A stretch of DNA of 64,000 bases from an uncultured delta proteobacterium. GTDB taxonomy: Bacteria > Desulfobacterota > Desulfobaccia > Desulfobaccales > Desulfobaccaceae. The first letter of the stretch is position 1, and each line of letters starts with the position of its first letter. This document shows positions 9,207-19,842 of this stretch, one piece after another. Position numbers and translations under genes: made by a program. Under the pieces are notes generated by a model that worked only from the letters and a program-made list of their open reading frames with translations, made no database searches and had not been told where the DNA came from. The stretch is taken from NCBI GenBank assembly GCA_963777875.1, contig CAVZSK010000022.1, positions 119,353-183,352 on the forward strand, read 5' to 3'.

Positions 9207-11212
9207 TTGCGGGACCTCCTCTTTCTGGGGCGGCCGGTCTGGCGCATGTCGATGAGCGTGGACATGATGCGATCATAGAGGGCTTCGGCGGCGGTCTCCC
9301 CGGCCTGGAGGCGCCGTTGTAAGAGATTGGCCAGATGTAGGAAAAAGTTGGCTATTTTCTGGTCTGGACGCTCGAAATAGCAGAATTTGTCGATCAACTG
9401 GTGGATGGTTTCCAGGGAGGCGGTTTCGAAATCGGCCAAATGGTTGATCATAAATTGCAGCAGTAAGGTTTCATAATCCTCAAGGAACTGGGAGGCAAAA
9501 AAGTAGACGAAAGGGGATTCGAGGAGATCCGGTAATCTGGAGAACGGGACATACTCATCGAGCTGGCTCAGGAGTTGGTCAAGACTGCGGGTCCGCTCAT
9601 ACAACCGTTGCAGGAGACGTTGGTAGCCGGCGTGAGTGAGGTAGCCCTCGGGAAAGCACAGGGCCAATTCCTGCAGAGGCTTCACCTCGGCATACTCCTG
9701 CAACTCGGCCAGGCTGCGGGTCAGGGTCTGCATGCCGCCTTGACAGTTGCGCTCTTTGGTTTGCCTGACCTTCTTGCCTGTTTCAAACTTGAGACTGATG
9801 GCGCTGCTTACCAGGAGCAGACCGAGGTTGCGGCTGACCTGGCTGATAAAAAGCTGCCGGAGCGAAGCCTCGTTGGGATAGAGTTGGAACAGGGGCTTTA
9901 TGCGGTGCAGATCAGGGAAAGGCAGGATATCCGGATCCAGGAGGAGTTCCTGGATCTGCTGATCACCGGGGTACGGGAGCTGCCGGAGAATTTCTTTGGC
10001 CTGCTTCCTGAGGCTGGGGTGGATGTCAAGATCCCTGGCAAGCAGAGTTAGGATGGACAGCTTGACCCCGGCAACCCCGGCAGCAAAGACCAGGGGAAGG
10101 AAATCCTCCCAAAACGTATCGTCATCGTCCAGCCAGTCTCGATCTTCGAAGAGAATGGGGTCCATAACCCGCATCAGGTCGATTTTTTCCCGGGGCTTTA
10201 ATTCGGCCTGCAACCGGCCGATCTCATTGATAAGGCGGAGATAGGCAGTGCGCAGCTTGGCCAGGAAGCGGGAAGAGGGCTCGAAGGTGTTTGATTTCAG
10301 CAGTTTTCTGATCTTCCCCAGGGCCAGGGCTTGACTGTCCAGGCCCTGGGTCCAGCTCTGTTCCAGGGCAGTCAGGTACTCGGCCTCGGAGACGAAGCCT
10401 TCAGCCTGCTGGCGGCTGTAATCCTGGAGTTTGGCCGCGTCCGGCCCAAAGGTCTGGGAAGAGAGAAAAGGCAGAAAGGTGAGGAGATATAACAGGGTGT
10501 CAAAGTCTTCGGTCTCCCACAAGCGTTGGCAACACTGCCAGAGCTGGTAACAGAAGGGATGGAGCAGGGCAGTGCGGACGGCGGGCTCCCAGGTTTGGGC
10601 TACCTGAGCCAGCAGCGTATCGGCATGTTTGAGTTGATTGGCCCCAAAGCCGATGAGATGGGGGCTGATGCCGCCTTTGCGGTTTAACTTACGGAGCTGG
10701 TTGATAGTTTCCCCAAGAGAGATAAGAGCCGTAGCCAAGGGGTTGGGTTGGACCAGGGCGGCCAGGTCGTTGTAGGTTTTGCCGGTGACCTTGTCCGGCT
10801 GTTGGATGAGCAGGTTGAGAAGGCGGCTGAGTTTCCGTTCCGAAACGGCAGCGGGGGGCTGGTTGAGCAGTTTTTCCCGGAGCATCTGGGCCGGGGGGCT
10901 CAGGCCGGTGAGAGCGGCCATCTGGGAGCGGACGTCGCGGCCGGCGAAGAAATCTTTTAAGCAGCGGATAAAGACCAGGTCCGGTAGCTCGGGGGCCTGG
11001 GGCTGTGCTTCCAGGCGGTGCCAGAATTCCTGTAACTGGCGGGGCAGACGCAAGGCCTGGCGGCAGAGGTAGCGCCAGGCTTCCTGCCACTGGGCGGGGT
11101 AGTGCTGAAGCTGATCACTTTGGGTGACGAGCTGGACCCAGTCCCAGTATTTGCCGGTACGCCAGAATTTTTCCAGATCTTTGGCAAGGCGTTTTTTCTT
11201 TACTTTAGCCAC
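9203..11212 (-). CDS. Hypothetical 669-aa helical protein in the Hsp70 operon
   Basis: Intact ORF overlapping both neighbours; Leu/Gln-rich; no motif recognised. Confidence 0.8.
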   Translation of the reverse strand: MAKVKKKRLAKDLEKFWRTGKYWDWVQLVTQSDQLQHYPAQWQEAWRYLCRQALRLPRQLQEFWHRLEAQPQAPELPDLVFIRCLKDFFAGRDVRSQMAALTGLSPPAQMLREKLLNQPPAAVSERKLSRLLNLLIQQPDKVTGKTYNDLAALVQPNPLATALISLGETINQLRKLNRKGGISPHLIGFGANQLKHADTLLAQVAQTWEPAVRTALLHPFCYQLWQCCQRLWETEDFDTLLYLLTFLPFLSSQTFGPDAAKLQDYSRQQAEGFVSEAEYLTALEQSWTQGLDSQALALGKIRKLLKSNTFEPSSRFLAKLRTAYLRLINEIGRLQAELKPREKIDLMRVMDPILFEDRDWLDDDDTFWEDFLPLVFAAGVAGVKLSILTLLARDLDIHPSLRKQAKEILRQLPYPGDQQIQELLLDPDILPFPDLHRIKPLFQLYPNEASLRQLFISQVSRNLGLLLVSSAISLKFETGKKVRQTKERNCQGGMQTLTRSLAELQEYAEVKPLQELALCFPEGYLTHAGYQRLLQRLYERTRSLDQLLSQLDEYVPFSRLPDLLESPFVYFFASQFLEDYETLLLQFMINHLADFETASLETIHQLIDKFCYFERPDQKIANFFLHLANLLQRRLQAGETAAEALYDRIMSTLIDMRQTGRPRKRRSRK

Positions 11213-12921
11213 GTTCCAGCAGCCCCTCTGCCGCCGCCTCGATGAGCGCTAATAATTCGTCTTCCAGATTATCGAGCTGTTCGCCGGCCGTTTCTATTTG
11301 GAGGGCTTGCTCGTAGTCGGCCACCAAGCGGTGCAGATTTTCCTGGACGCTGCCGGGCAGTTGGGGATTGGCCAGGAGATTGCGGGCTTTCTCGATGATG
11401 TAGTTGACTACGTGCGGGCCCGGAGTTTCACTAGCTTCGTCGAGGACTTTTTTCCGGCGGATATCGAGGGTCACTTCTTTGCGGTTGTTGGAGCCCTTTT
11501 GTTCGGCGGTGATACGGACCAGACCTTCCCGGTCATAAGCGAATTCGATGACAACCGGGGAACGGGCGGGCGCGGATTTCAGGGGAAAGTTAAAACTACC
11601 CACCATGACATTCTCGAGACAGGAAGGCTCTTCCCCTTGATAGACATCGACATTGACACCTGGCTGATCGGGATATACGGTGTAGTACACTTCGGCCTTG
11701 CGGGCGGGAATCTTGGTATTGCGCCGGATAATAATGGAAAAAAAATCGGGCTCCCCGGTTTCCGGGTCGATCTGATCGACGGTCCGGACACCGAGGGAAT
11801 GGGCGGTGACATCCAGAAGGATATGGCCCAGGGGCTCACCGCTGATCAAGCCGCCCTGAACGGCGGCGCCCAGGGCCACACAGAGGTCGGGATCAATGGA
11901 GTGATAGATGGGCTGCTGGAACATTTCCTGGAGCATGGCTTGGACCATGGGTGTCCGGGTGGCGCCGCCGACGAGGAGAACCTTGCTGATCTCATGGGGT
12001 TGGAGATTGGCTTCCTGGAGGGCGTCCTGGACCTTGGCGGCGGTTCTGGCCACTAAGTCTCCAGTGAGCTCTTCGAATTTGCTCCGGCTGATCTCCAGGC
12101 GCAGGTTCAAGGGCTTGCCGTTAACCAGGCAAATGGCGGGTTCGGAAATCTGACAGTAGGGTTGATCGGAGAGGGTAATTTTGGTTTTTTCGGCAATATC
12201 CCGCAATCGTATCTGGGCGGCGAGGTCCCAGTCCACTGTATCTCCCGCCTTAGCGGCCAGTTCTTCCTGGAAAAATTGCTGGAGCCGGTCATCGAAATCA
12301 TCGCCGCCGAGGGCGGTGTCGCCACTCGAGGCCAACACTTCCTTGATTTCGCCTTTGACTTCTAAAATGGAGACATCAAAGGTACCGCCGCCCAAGTCAT
12401 AGACCATGATATAGGGACTGTCGCTCATCTGCAGGGAGGAGGCATAATCATACATCAGGGCGGCGGCGGTGGGTTCGTTGATGATCCGGACGACTTCCAA
12501 GCCGGCCAATTCACCGGCCTGGATGGTGGCCCGGCGCTGGGCATCATTGAAATAGGCGGGGACGGTGATGACCACCTTTTTGATTTTCTCCCCGGTCACC
12601 TGGGAGGCCTGAAAGACCAGATGGTTCAGGATAAAGGAAGAAATTTCTTCGGGAGAAAATGTTTGGGTGCCGAGACTCACCCTGAGTGTTTTGCCCCATC
12701 AAGCGTTTGATGGACCGTACGGTGTGCTGCGGAAAGGCTGCCAGGCGGTGGCGGGCCTGGCGGCCAACGATGATGGCCTGGGCGGCCTCGTCGAAGCTGA
12801 CGATGGAGGGCACCAGGGGCTGTCCGGCTTCAACGGGAAGGGCCACTGCCTTGCCGTCTTGAATCCGGGCGATGGTGGAATTGGTGGTGCCTAAATCAAT
12901 ACCGTAAATTATGTCGCGCAT
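11205..12921 (-). CDS. Hsp70 family chaperone (specialised DnaK paralogue; frameshift near 12680)
   Basis: GIDLGTTNS, VITVPAYFNDAQR, INEPTAAAL, YDLGGGTFDVS, LLVGGATRTP. Confidence 0.93.
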
Positions 12922-12922
12922 A

Positions 12923-13438
12923 TTACCCCGTGGGAAGCGGCTGGCGGTCACCGACCACAACTTTGGCGGCTGTACTGACCACGTTATTGAAGAGATAGCC
13001 GGGCTGCACTACCTGGAGGACGACCAGATGGCTGGCGCCCGGGGCCTGATTGGCGATGGCGTCGTGGAGGTTGGCATCAAAATTTTCCCCCGCCTGGCGG
13101 ATCATCTCTACGCCGACCGAGGAGAGCAGGCTATCCACCTTTTCCCAGATCATGTCAAGGGTCTCGAGCTGTTCCGGGGCGGTGGCGGCCAGGGCCTGGG
13201 CGTGATAAAAAAAGGCGTCGGCCAGGGCGAAGTAGGGTTCCAATTCAGGCCGGCGCTGGTCCAGGATGGCTTTGGTGAGGTGGCTTTTCAAGGCGTCCAG
13301 AAACAGATTCTGACGTCGGGCCTGTTTTTTCAGATCGTGGAGTTCAGCCAGCACCGGGGCCAGGGGGTCTGGCGGTTCCGGGGCCGGGGGGCGCTTCTGG
13401 AAGATTTTGAAGAATTTGGGAAACATGTGATGGTTCAT
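12923..13438 (-). CDS. grpE: GrpE-like nucleotide exchange factor
   Basis: GENFDANLHDAI and VVQPGY...AKVVV C-terminal GrpE motifs; directly upstream of the Hsp70 gene. Confidence 0.85.
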   Translation of the reverse strand: MNHHMFPKFFKIFQKRPPAPEPPDPLAPVLAELHDLKKQARRQNLFLDALKSHLTKAILDQRRPELEPYFALADAFFYHAQALAATAPEQLETLDMIWEKVDSLLSSVGVEMIRQAGENFDANLHDAIANQAPGASHLVVLQVVQPGYLFNNVVSTAAKVVVGDRQPLPTG

Positions 13439-13569
13439 TGGCCTTGGATTTTTTAGAAGATAGCACAGAATCAGGTTTAGGGCAAGGACAGGGAAGGCAC
13501 TGGCGGGCAGTTTTTAGGGGCGGACACATAAATCCGCCCCTAGTATGGTGTCACGGTTTAGGGGCCGGG

Positions 13570-16506
13570 TCAGGCGGAGCGGAGGAACTCCTTGACCAGG
13601 CGGTCCCAGCCCAATTCGGGGCATTGGGCGAAGACGTCGTCGATGAGGGAACCACCGGCCTGGAGGGTGGCGCCCACCGAGGGTTCCAGCATGGCCAGGA
13701 GGCGCGCGGTCTCTTCTTCTATCCAGGCGGTGCTGCCCTCGCCGGAGACAAGATTTTCCAGGTCCGGCCTGAGGTTGGTGGGGGCGACGACCATCATCCA
13801 GCCTTCGCCGTAGGGGTCGTCGTGGGTCAGCCCGGGCCGTTTCAGGACCTTGTGGTTCACCTCTTCGATGATTCCGACTACCGGCGCCAGCACCCCAGCA
13901 CCGGCTCCCTGGCGGGCGAGCGCCATCCCCACCTTGTCGCGACGAATCTCCTGGCCGATGATCGGCAGCCTGATGTCATCGCTGGCGCCCAGGACCTTCT
14001 GGGAAAAGTCATCCATGCCGATACGCACCCGACCGCCGGACTCCAGGGCTACCCAGGTATGCCCCCGGTGGAGGTAGCGGGAAGTGGCCACCTTAATCCC
14101 AAAGACCTCCTCGAGGCGCTCCAGCATCTTTGCCAGATTGACGGCCAGCCCTTCCGAGGACGAAATGACGCCAGCAGGTTCTGTCCCGCCAAGGAGCAGG
14201 TTGAGTGCGTCTTTCAAGAAGTGCCGGGGCAGGAAAGCCGTTCCCGGGCCGACCCGCTTGGTTACCAGGGCCGTGGCGGTAACGATGCCGTCCCGGCTGG
14301 TGGTTCTGATCTGTTCTCCGGAGCGGAGGCCCAGATCCCGGGCGTCGGCGGCATTGATTTCGATAATCACCTCGGGCTTTTCCTGGGACTCAAAGGCCGC
14401 AGTATAGGTCCGGGGGACGGTACGGTGCTCCCTGTAGGTCATTCCGGTGGTCAGCCAGACGGGGTAGGCGTCGTCGGTGGCGGCGTTCAGGCGGCGGAGG
14501 TTGGCCATTAAGGCATCCACGGCGTCGATGAAGTCTCCGGGGGCGTTGGCGGCCAGGGAGTGAAAGAGGAGGCGGCCGGGGTCAAGACCGGCTTCCGCCA
14601 AAAGTTCCTGGGTTTGCTCCACGTCCCACTGGGCGCACTGGTTGCCGTGGGTTGATTTGCAGTTGTCCTGGGGGCAGGACATCACCAGGACCCCGTCGGC
14701 CCCGGAGTTGAAGGCCTGGAGGAGATAATCGGGGTCAACCTTGCCGGCGCAGGGCACTTTGATGGGAGTGAAGCCCAACGGCAGGGAGGCGGCATGGAGC
14801 TTCACGGCGCTTTGATAGGCCTCCCAGGCGGAGTTGCGGCACATAAAGGCCACAATCCGGGGGCTGAGGTTTGGGTCGAAGGCCGCCATTTGGGCTGACA
14901 TCTGGTCGTCGGTGAAATTGCGGACCTGGATGGCGTCGTTGGGACACTGGCTGGCGCAGATACCGCAGCCCTGGCAGGCCAGCTCATTGATAACGGCCCG
15001 GTTATCCCAGGTGATGGCGCCATGGGGACAGAAGCGGTAGCAGGTCAGGCAGAAGACGCACTTGCCCCGGTCCACCACGGCCCGTCCCTGGGGGGCGACG
15101 GCCTGGCCCTGGGCCAGGAGGTCCTGGATCTCATTGACGACGGCGTTGGCATCGGTAATGGTCTCTTCGTGATCCATGATCCCCCGTCCCGGTCCCACGA
15201 CATAGATGCCTCGCCGGGGGGTGGCCACCGGGGCATGATGGACATTGCCGGACTGGAGAAAGCCCTCGGCGCTCAGGGGCAGGCGGAGGAGTTCGGCCAG
15301 AGCGGCGTTTTCCCTGGCCGCCTGGTATGGTTCATCGCAGACCACCAGGTTCGCCTTCAGGGTCAGATTCTCCCGGATGCTGGGCTCGAGGAATTCTACC
15401 CGGAGACCCTCGTCCGCAACGCTGATGCTTGGGCAGTCATGCAGTTTGATGAGCACCAGGCCCTCGTCCTGGCTCTCTTGCATGGTCCGTTGGAGATCCG
15501 GGCCCGCCACCTTGGTGCTGCCTACCAGGAGATACACCCGGCTGCCGGCCGCCAGCAGGCGGGATGAGGCCTTTAAGGCCCGCTCCAGGGCGAGAGGATG
15601 ACTCTCTCCGGCCAGGCCCAACAGGATGACGACGGTTGCCGGAATATCGGTCTCTAAGGCGAAGGGCGGCAACGCTTCCAGGCCGGTCAACGAGATTACC
15701 CCGGGATGGCTGGGGACAGCATAGGGTTGGGGATCTTGTTGGAGTTGGAGTTCAGGGGCCAGGACCACGGCTCCCACCCTCTCGGTGAGGCGGTATGACG
15801 GGGTATCCAGGCGCACGGTAAAATTACCGGCGACGCCGTCGACATTATTGATCCGGGCGGCAGACACAGTCTTGATGAGTTGATGTTCCTGGACCTGCTG
15901 GATGAGCCGGGCGGGAGAGTCAGAGACACCTTCCTCCCCGGAGTACTCCCAGGTCAGGGGATTGAGTTCCGGGTTGGGGCTGGCCAGAATGACCGGGTAG
16001 CCCGACTCGGCCAGATCCAAGGCGGCTTTGAGAGCGGCGCAGGAATCGCCCCAGATCAGGATGTGCCGGCTGACGGGGATCTTCTGGGTGAGAATGGGGT
16101 TGGCCAGACTGGCCTGGGAGACGGCCTGGCGGATCATTTCCAGCCCTTTGGCGGTCCGGCTGCCCGGCTCCCGGTTTGCCAAGGCGGCGGTGAGGTCCAC
16201 GGGCAGGAGATATTCCGGGTTCAACTTAAGCTCATCCCTCAACAGGCGGGTCACCCCGGCCCCCCGATATTCCGGGTCTTTAGCTACCAGGAGCACCGGC
16301 TGGAGCTCCTGGTCCTGGCCAAGGAAGGTACGGAGCTGCTCCTCCTGGGCGGCCGTGGGTTGGGTTGTATCCATGGACAAGACCCGGCAATTCGGCAGGC
16401 TGGCCACTGCCTGGGAAAAATCTTGGGGATCAATTCCGGCCCCGGCCAGCTCCGGGCCGGACATGAGCAGGACATTGAGCGGTCTTAACGAATCGGCTTG
16501 AATCAT
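13570..16506 (-). CDS. Multidomain fusion: degenerate HdrA/QmoB-like FAD domain + 2x[4Fe-4S] + MvhD + molybdopterin dinucleotide-binding domain + GcvH-like domain
   Basis: CVFCLTCYRFCP and CQGCGICASQCP; MvhD motifs AFMCRNS, VPCAGKVD, GADGVLVMSC..DNC; YPVWLTTG..EINAADA..LGL..G...TSRDG; YLHRGHTWV..VRIGMDDF..DPYGEGW. Confidence 0.88.
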   Translation of the reverse strand: MIQADSLRPLNVLLMSGPELAGAGIDPQDFSQAVASLPNCRVLSMDTTQPTAAQEEQLRTFLGQDQELQPVLLVAKDPEYRGAGVTRLLRDELKLNPEYLLPVDLTAALANREPGSRTAKGLEMIRQAVSQASLANPILTQKIPVSRHILIWGDSCAALKAALDLAESGYPVILASPNPELNPLTWEYSGEEGVSDSPARLIQQVQEHQLIKTVSAARINNVDGVAGNFTVRLDTPSYRLTERVGAVVLAPELQLQQDPQPYAVPSHPGVISLTGLEALPPFALETDIPATVVILLGLAGESHPLALERALKASSRLLAAGSRVYLLVGSTKVAGPDLQRTMQESQDEGLVLIKLHDCPSISVADEGLRVEFLEPSIRENLTLKANLVVCDEPYQAARENAALAELLRLPLSAEGFLQSGNVHHAPVATPRRGIYVVGPGRGIMDHEETITDANAVVNEIQDLLAQGQAVAPQGRAVVDRGKCVFCLTCYRFCPHGAITWDNRAVINELACQGCGICASQCPNDAIQVRNFTDDQMSAQMAAFDPNLSPRIVAFMCRNSAWEAYQSAVKLHAASLPLGFTPIKVPCAGKVDPDYLLQAFNSGADGVLVMSCPQDNCKSTHGNQCAQWDVEQTQELLAEAGLDPGRLLFHSLAANAPGDFIDAVDALMANLRRLNAATDDAYPVWLTTGMTYREHRTVPRTYTAAFESQEKPEVIIEINAADARDLGLRSGEQIRTTSRDGIVTATALVTKRVGPGTAFLPRHFLKDALNLLLGGTEPAGVISSSEGLAVNLAKMLERLEEVFGIKVATSRYLHRGHTWVALESGGRVRIGMDDFSQKVLGASDDIRLPIIGQEIRRDKVGMALARQGAGAGVLAPVVGIIEEVNHKVLKRPGLTHDDPYGEGWMMVVAPTNLRPDLENLVSGEGSTAWIEEETARLLAMLEPSVGATLQAGGSLIDDVFAQCPELGWDRLVKEFLRSA

Positions 16507-16669
16507 CTTTTCCCTCCAGAATCGGTACGGTTCAGCAAAGCAAACCCAAATTTATAGCGATTGCCACACGTAATGTCCCTTTTTATCCCTGACCCTGACC
16601 CCCAAGGGGGGAGAAGGGGATATCAAGGACCGAACTTTTGGCAAGCGATATAATTGCTTACCTTACTCA

Positions 16670-16685
16670 AGCAAAAATGATGCCA
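16670..16685 (-). promoter_or_regulatory. Sigma-54 -24/-12 promoter of the fusion gene
   Basis: Minus strand TGGCATCATTTTTGCT (GG-N10-GC), about 165 nt upstream of ATG 16506, with an AT-rich region further upstream. Confidence 0.7.
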
Positions 16686-16875
16686 TAATTAATTCAGCTT
16701 GATGTTAGCAGGTTTTCTCTCATTGGTGCAAAAACCTGATGGCCCGATTTGTCGGGAAATGCAACAGTAATTTCGTATATTTTTTAACATACTTGATATC
16801 ATTGACAATATTAATGCATAACAATTCAACAGTAATTTCCCTTAGGTGACTAATTTTACTTTAGGGAACAAGACG

Positions 16876-18141
16876 TCAGGTCAGACGATTTCCGGTTTTG
16901 GCCTCCAGGTATTGGCGCACCTGCTGGACTGACTGGGTGGCCTGGGCGATGCACTCCAGGATACTTTGGGGACCGGCGGCGGTCCCGGCCAGGAACACGC
17001 CGGGGGCTTCGGTCTGGCGCGCCCTCCTGACCGTCTTTTAAGAAGCCGTCGGGATCCAGTTTTAGGTGGAGCATTTCCGCCAGTTTGGGATTGTCCGGGC
17101 CGGGGGCGATCCCTACGGCCAGGACCAGGAGATCAACCACCCGGTAGAGCCCCTGGCCGCTGGCTTCGTCTAAAAATTTCAGCCTTAAGCTGCCGTCGGC
17201 CGTGGCGCTCAGATCTCCCGGGAGGGCCCGGATCAATTCAATTTCCTGCCTGACAGTCGCCTCGAACTCCTTAGGATCAGGCCCGACGTTTTGTAGATCC
17301 ATGTAAAAGGTGGTCACCTGGCACTCCGGCCAGCGATGGCGGATGAGCCGGGCCAGGCGCAACCCATAGGCACAGCAGACCCGGGAGCAGTAGGTATGCT
17401 CCAGATCCCGGCTGCCCACGCATTGGATGAAGGCCAGATGGCGCACCGGCCGGCCGTCGCTGGGTCGGACCAGACAGCCCGCCCTGCTTAATCATTTCCT
17501 CCAACTCCCACCCGGTGATGATGTTGGGTAAGATAATAATTGGTATAATCCCCCCGGGCAGGAGGGGGCGCGGGTTTATAGCCGGTGGCGACGATGAGGC
17601 TGTCGGCCTCCAGGTCTGAAACCGTCTCGGGCCGGGACAGGTCGATGGCCTGGGTGGGGCAGATTTCCTGGCAGCGGCGGCAGGAGCCGTCTTGAAAATA
17701 GAGGCAGGCGGCCGGATGCACCGCAAAGCGGGGATGATTTTCGGCGGAGGCCGCAGTGATAATGGCTCCCGGGGCGGGGCACTCCTCCAGGCAGAGGCCG
17801 CAGTTGGTGCAGCGCTGGGGATCGATGACCCGGGGCTGGGACTTCAGGGTCAGGTGCAGCTGGTCGTTTTCAGAGCGGCTTTCCACCAGCTCCGTGTGGG
17901 CATACAAGGTGAGGTCCGGGGGCGGCCAAGAGGTCCCGCAAACCCTGTTCGACCCGGCAGGCGCCGCATTTCTGGCAGACGTCGGTGGCCTTGCAGCCGA
18001 AGCTGGCGGCCAGGCCGCCGAAGAAGGGGCTTTTTTCCACCAGGACCGCCGGGAGCCCGGCCCGGCTCAACTCCAGGGCCGCGGTAATCCCGGCAATGCC
18101 ACCGCCCAGGACCACCACCGGCTTAATTGTATCGTTTTCAT
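16876..18141 (-). CDS. hdrA: Short HdrA-like / QmoA-like flavoprotein (several frameshifts)
   Basis: VVVLGGGIAGITAA, CKATDVCQKCGAC, CTNCGLCLEECP, FIQCVGSRD..YCSRVCC; reconstructed end GVFLAGTAAGPQSILECIAQA...*. Confidence 0.8.
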
Positions 18142-18279
18142 GGGAGTTTCCTTCCCAAATAAAGTTCTGAGTTCTGAGTGCTGAATTCTGCGTAAAAGAA
18201 AATACAATCCTCATACAATACTCCACCCCAAGGTGATAGGGAAAAATACAAGAGAAAACCTTTTGCATTCGGCATATTC

Positions 18280-19168
18280 TTAGACACCGGCTTTTTCCAG
18301 GATCAGGGCCATCAGGTCGCCGCGGCCCCGGGCCTTGACGTAGACGCCGTCGGCCAGTTTTTGCTCTTTGATCTCTTTGATCAGACGTCCGGCCAAGGCG
18401 GCGCCCTTCTTTAAGACTGTCTTCAGGGTCGGGGTCGCTTAGTTCCTGGACGAGGTCCGCCGGCAGGGAATAGACCTTGCGGAGCTGGCCCTGGCTGGCC
18501 TGTTCCACTTCCGAGGCCTTGGGGACCTTGACGCAGGCCAGGACCTTGACGTTCTGGTCGACCCAGTTGCTGCCGGAAGTGGCTGAGCTTCTTGAGATCG
18601 AAGATAGGGGCGGTGATGAAAAAATCGAGCCCCGGCTGCCAGCTTTTTTCTCACCTTGAGGAGCTGGGGACCGAGCGGGTCGGCCTCGGGTATGAGGACG
18701 GCGCCCAGACAGAATTGAGGATTTCCTTGTAACGGCTGGTCGGCGCTGTCATGGCCGGCCATCAGGCCCCGGGCGATTTGCAGGAACTGCACCGAGTCGG
18801 CGTCATAGACCGGCTTGGCGTCGGGATGATCCCCCAGGCTGACAAAATCGCCGCTGATGACCAGGATATTTTCCAGGCCCAGGGCGCCGGCGCCCAGCAG
18901 ATCACTTTCCAGGGCCAGACGGTTGCGATCCCGGCAGGTCATGATGCAGCAGAGGTTCGGCCCCGGCCTCTTTTACCATCCGGGCCGCGGCCAGGGCCGA
19001 CAGCCTCATCTTGGCATGCTCATTGTCCGGAATCCCAAAGGCGGTTACCTTGCCGTTCACCGCTTTGAGGGGCGCCAGCATACCCTCCAGGTCGATGCCC
19101 TTGGGAGGTTTAATTTCCATGACGATGGGGAACCGACCGCCTTCCAATGCTTCTTTGAGTTTACTCAT
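18280..19168 (-). CDS. metF: Methylenetetrahydrofolate reductase MetF, divergent (several frameshifts)
   Basis: EIKPPKG, PDN...MRLS, TCRDRNRLAL.SDLLGA, SGD...GDHP.AKPVYD.DSVQ; reconstructed end LILEKAGV*. Confidence 0.85.
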
Positions 19169-19842
19169 GGGCGAAGTATCTCCTCTTGTATGCCGGGTGG
19201 ATCACGGTGCCGGGGGTGGTGCTCCGTCCGTGAGGATGCAGCGGCAGGATGGGCTCGATCTGCTCCAGCCGGCCCTGCTGTTCCAGCCTGGCATAAATCT
19301 CACACCAGGCGCAGTCCCGCTCCGGATTGACCTCGCACTTGCCCTGGATGTTGCCGCCGCAGGGGCCGTTGAGCAAGCCCTTTGGGGCACATGGTCTGGG
19401 GGCAGATCCCCCCGGTAATCCCCAGGTAGCATTGATGGCAGGACCGGCAGCGCTCGGTATACAATCCCGCCTCTTCATTGACGCCGATAAAGGTGGTGTT
19501 GAGGGCCGGAATGACCGGTTTCATGCCGGGCAGGGCTGCCAGAAACTGCACGCCGGCGCCGCAGGCCATGGAGATGACTGCGTCATAATCCGCCGCGACG
19601 TCGCTCAGGGTCTGCATAAATTCCCGGTCGCATTGGCGTTCCACCGTCATCTCGCCGATGTCCGGGTGCTTGCCTTCCTGTCCCCAGGCGAGCTTCAGTT
19701 GCGAGGCCAGCAGCCCCACTTCTTTTTCCCCGCCCACCAGGCAGACCGCCACACAGGTGCCGCACCCGGCAATCAGGACCTTTTCAAAGGGGGCCACGGC
19801 CGCCTTGATTTCTGCAAATGGTTTCCGTTCCGCGATAATCAT
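19161..19842 (-). CDS. metV: MetV (MTHFR Fe-S/Zn small subunit), frameshift near 19385
   Basis: MIIAERKP, GCGTCVAVC..GG, RQCD, ACGAGVQ, ERC..C..C, CPKGLLNGPCGG...GKCEV...DCAW. Confidence 0.9.
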
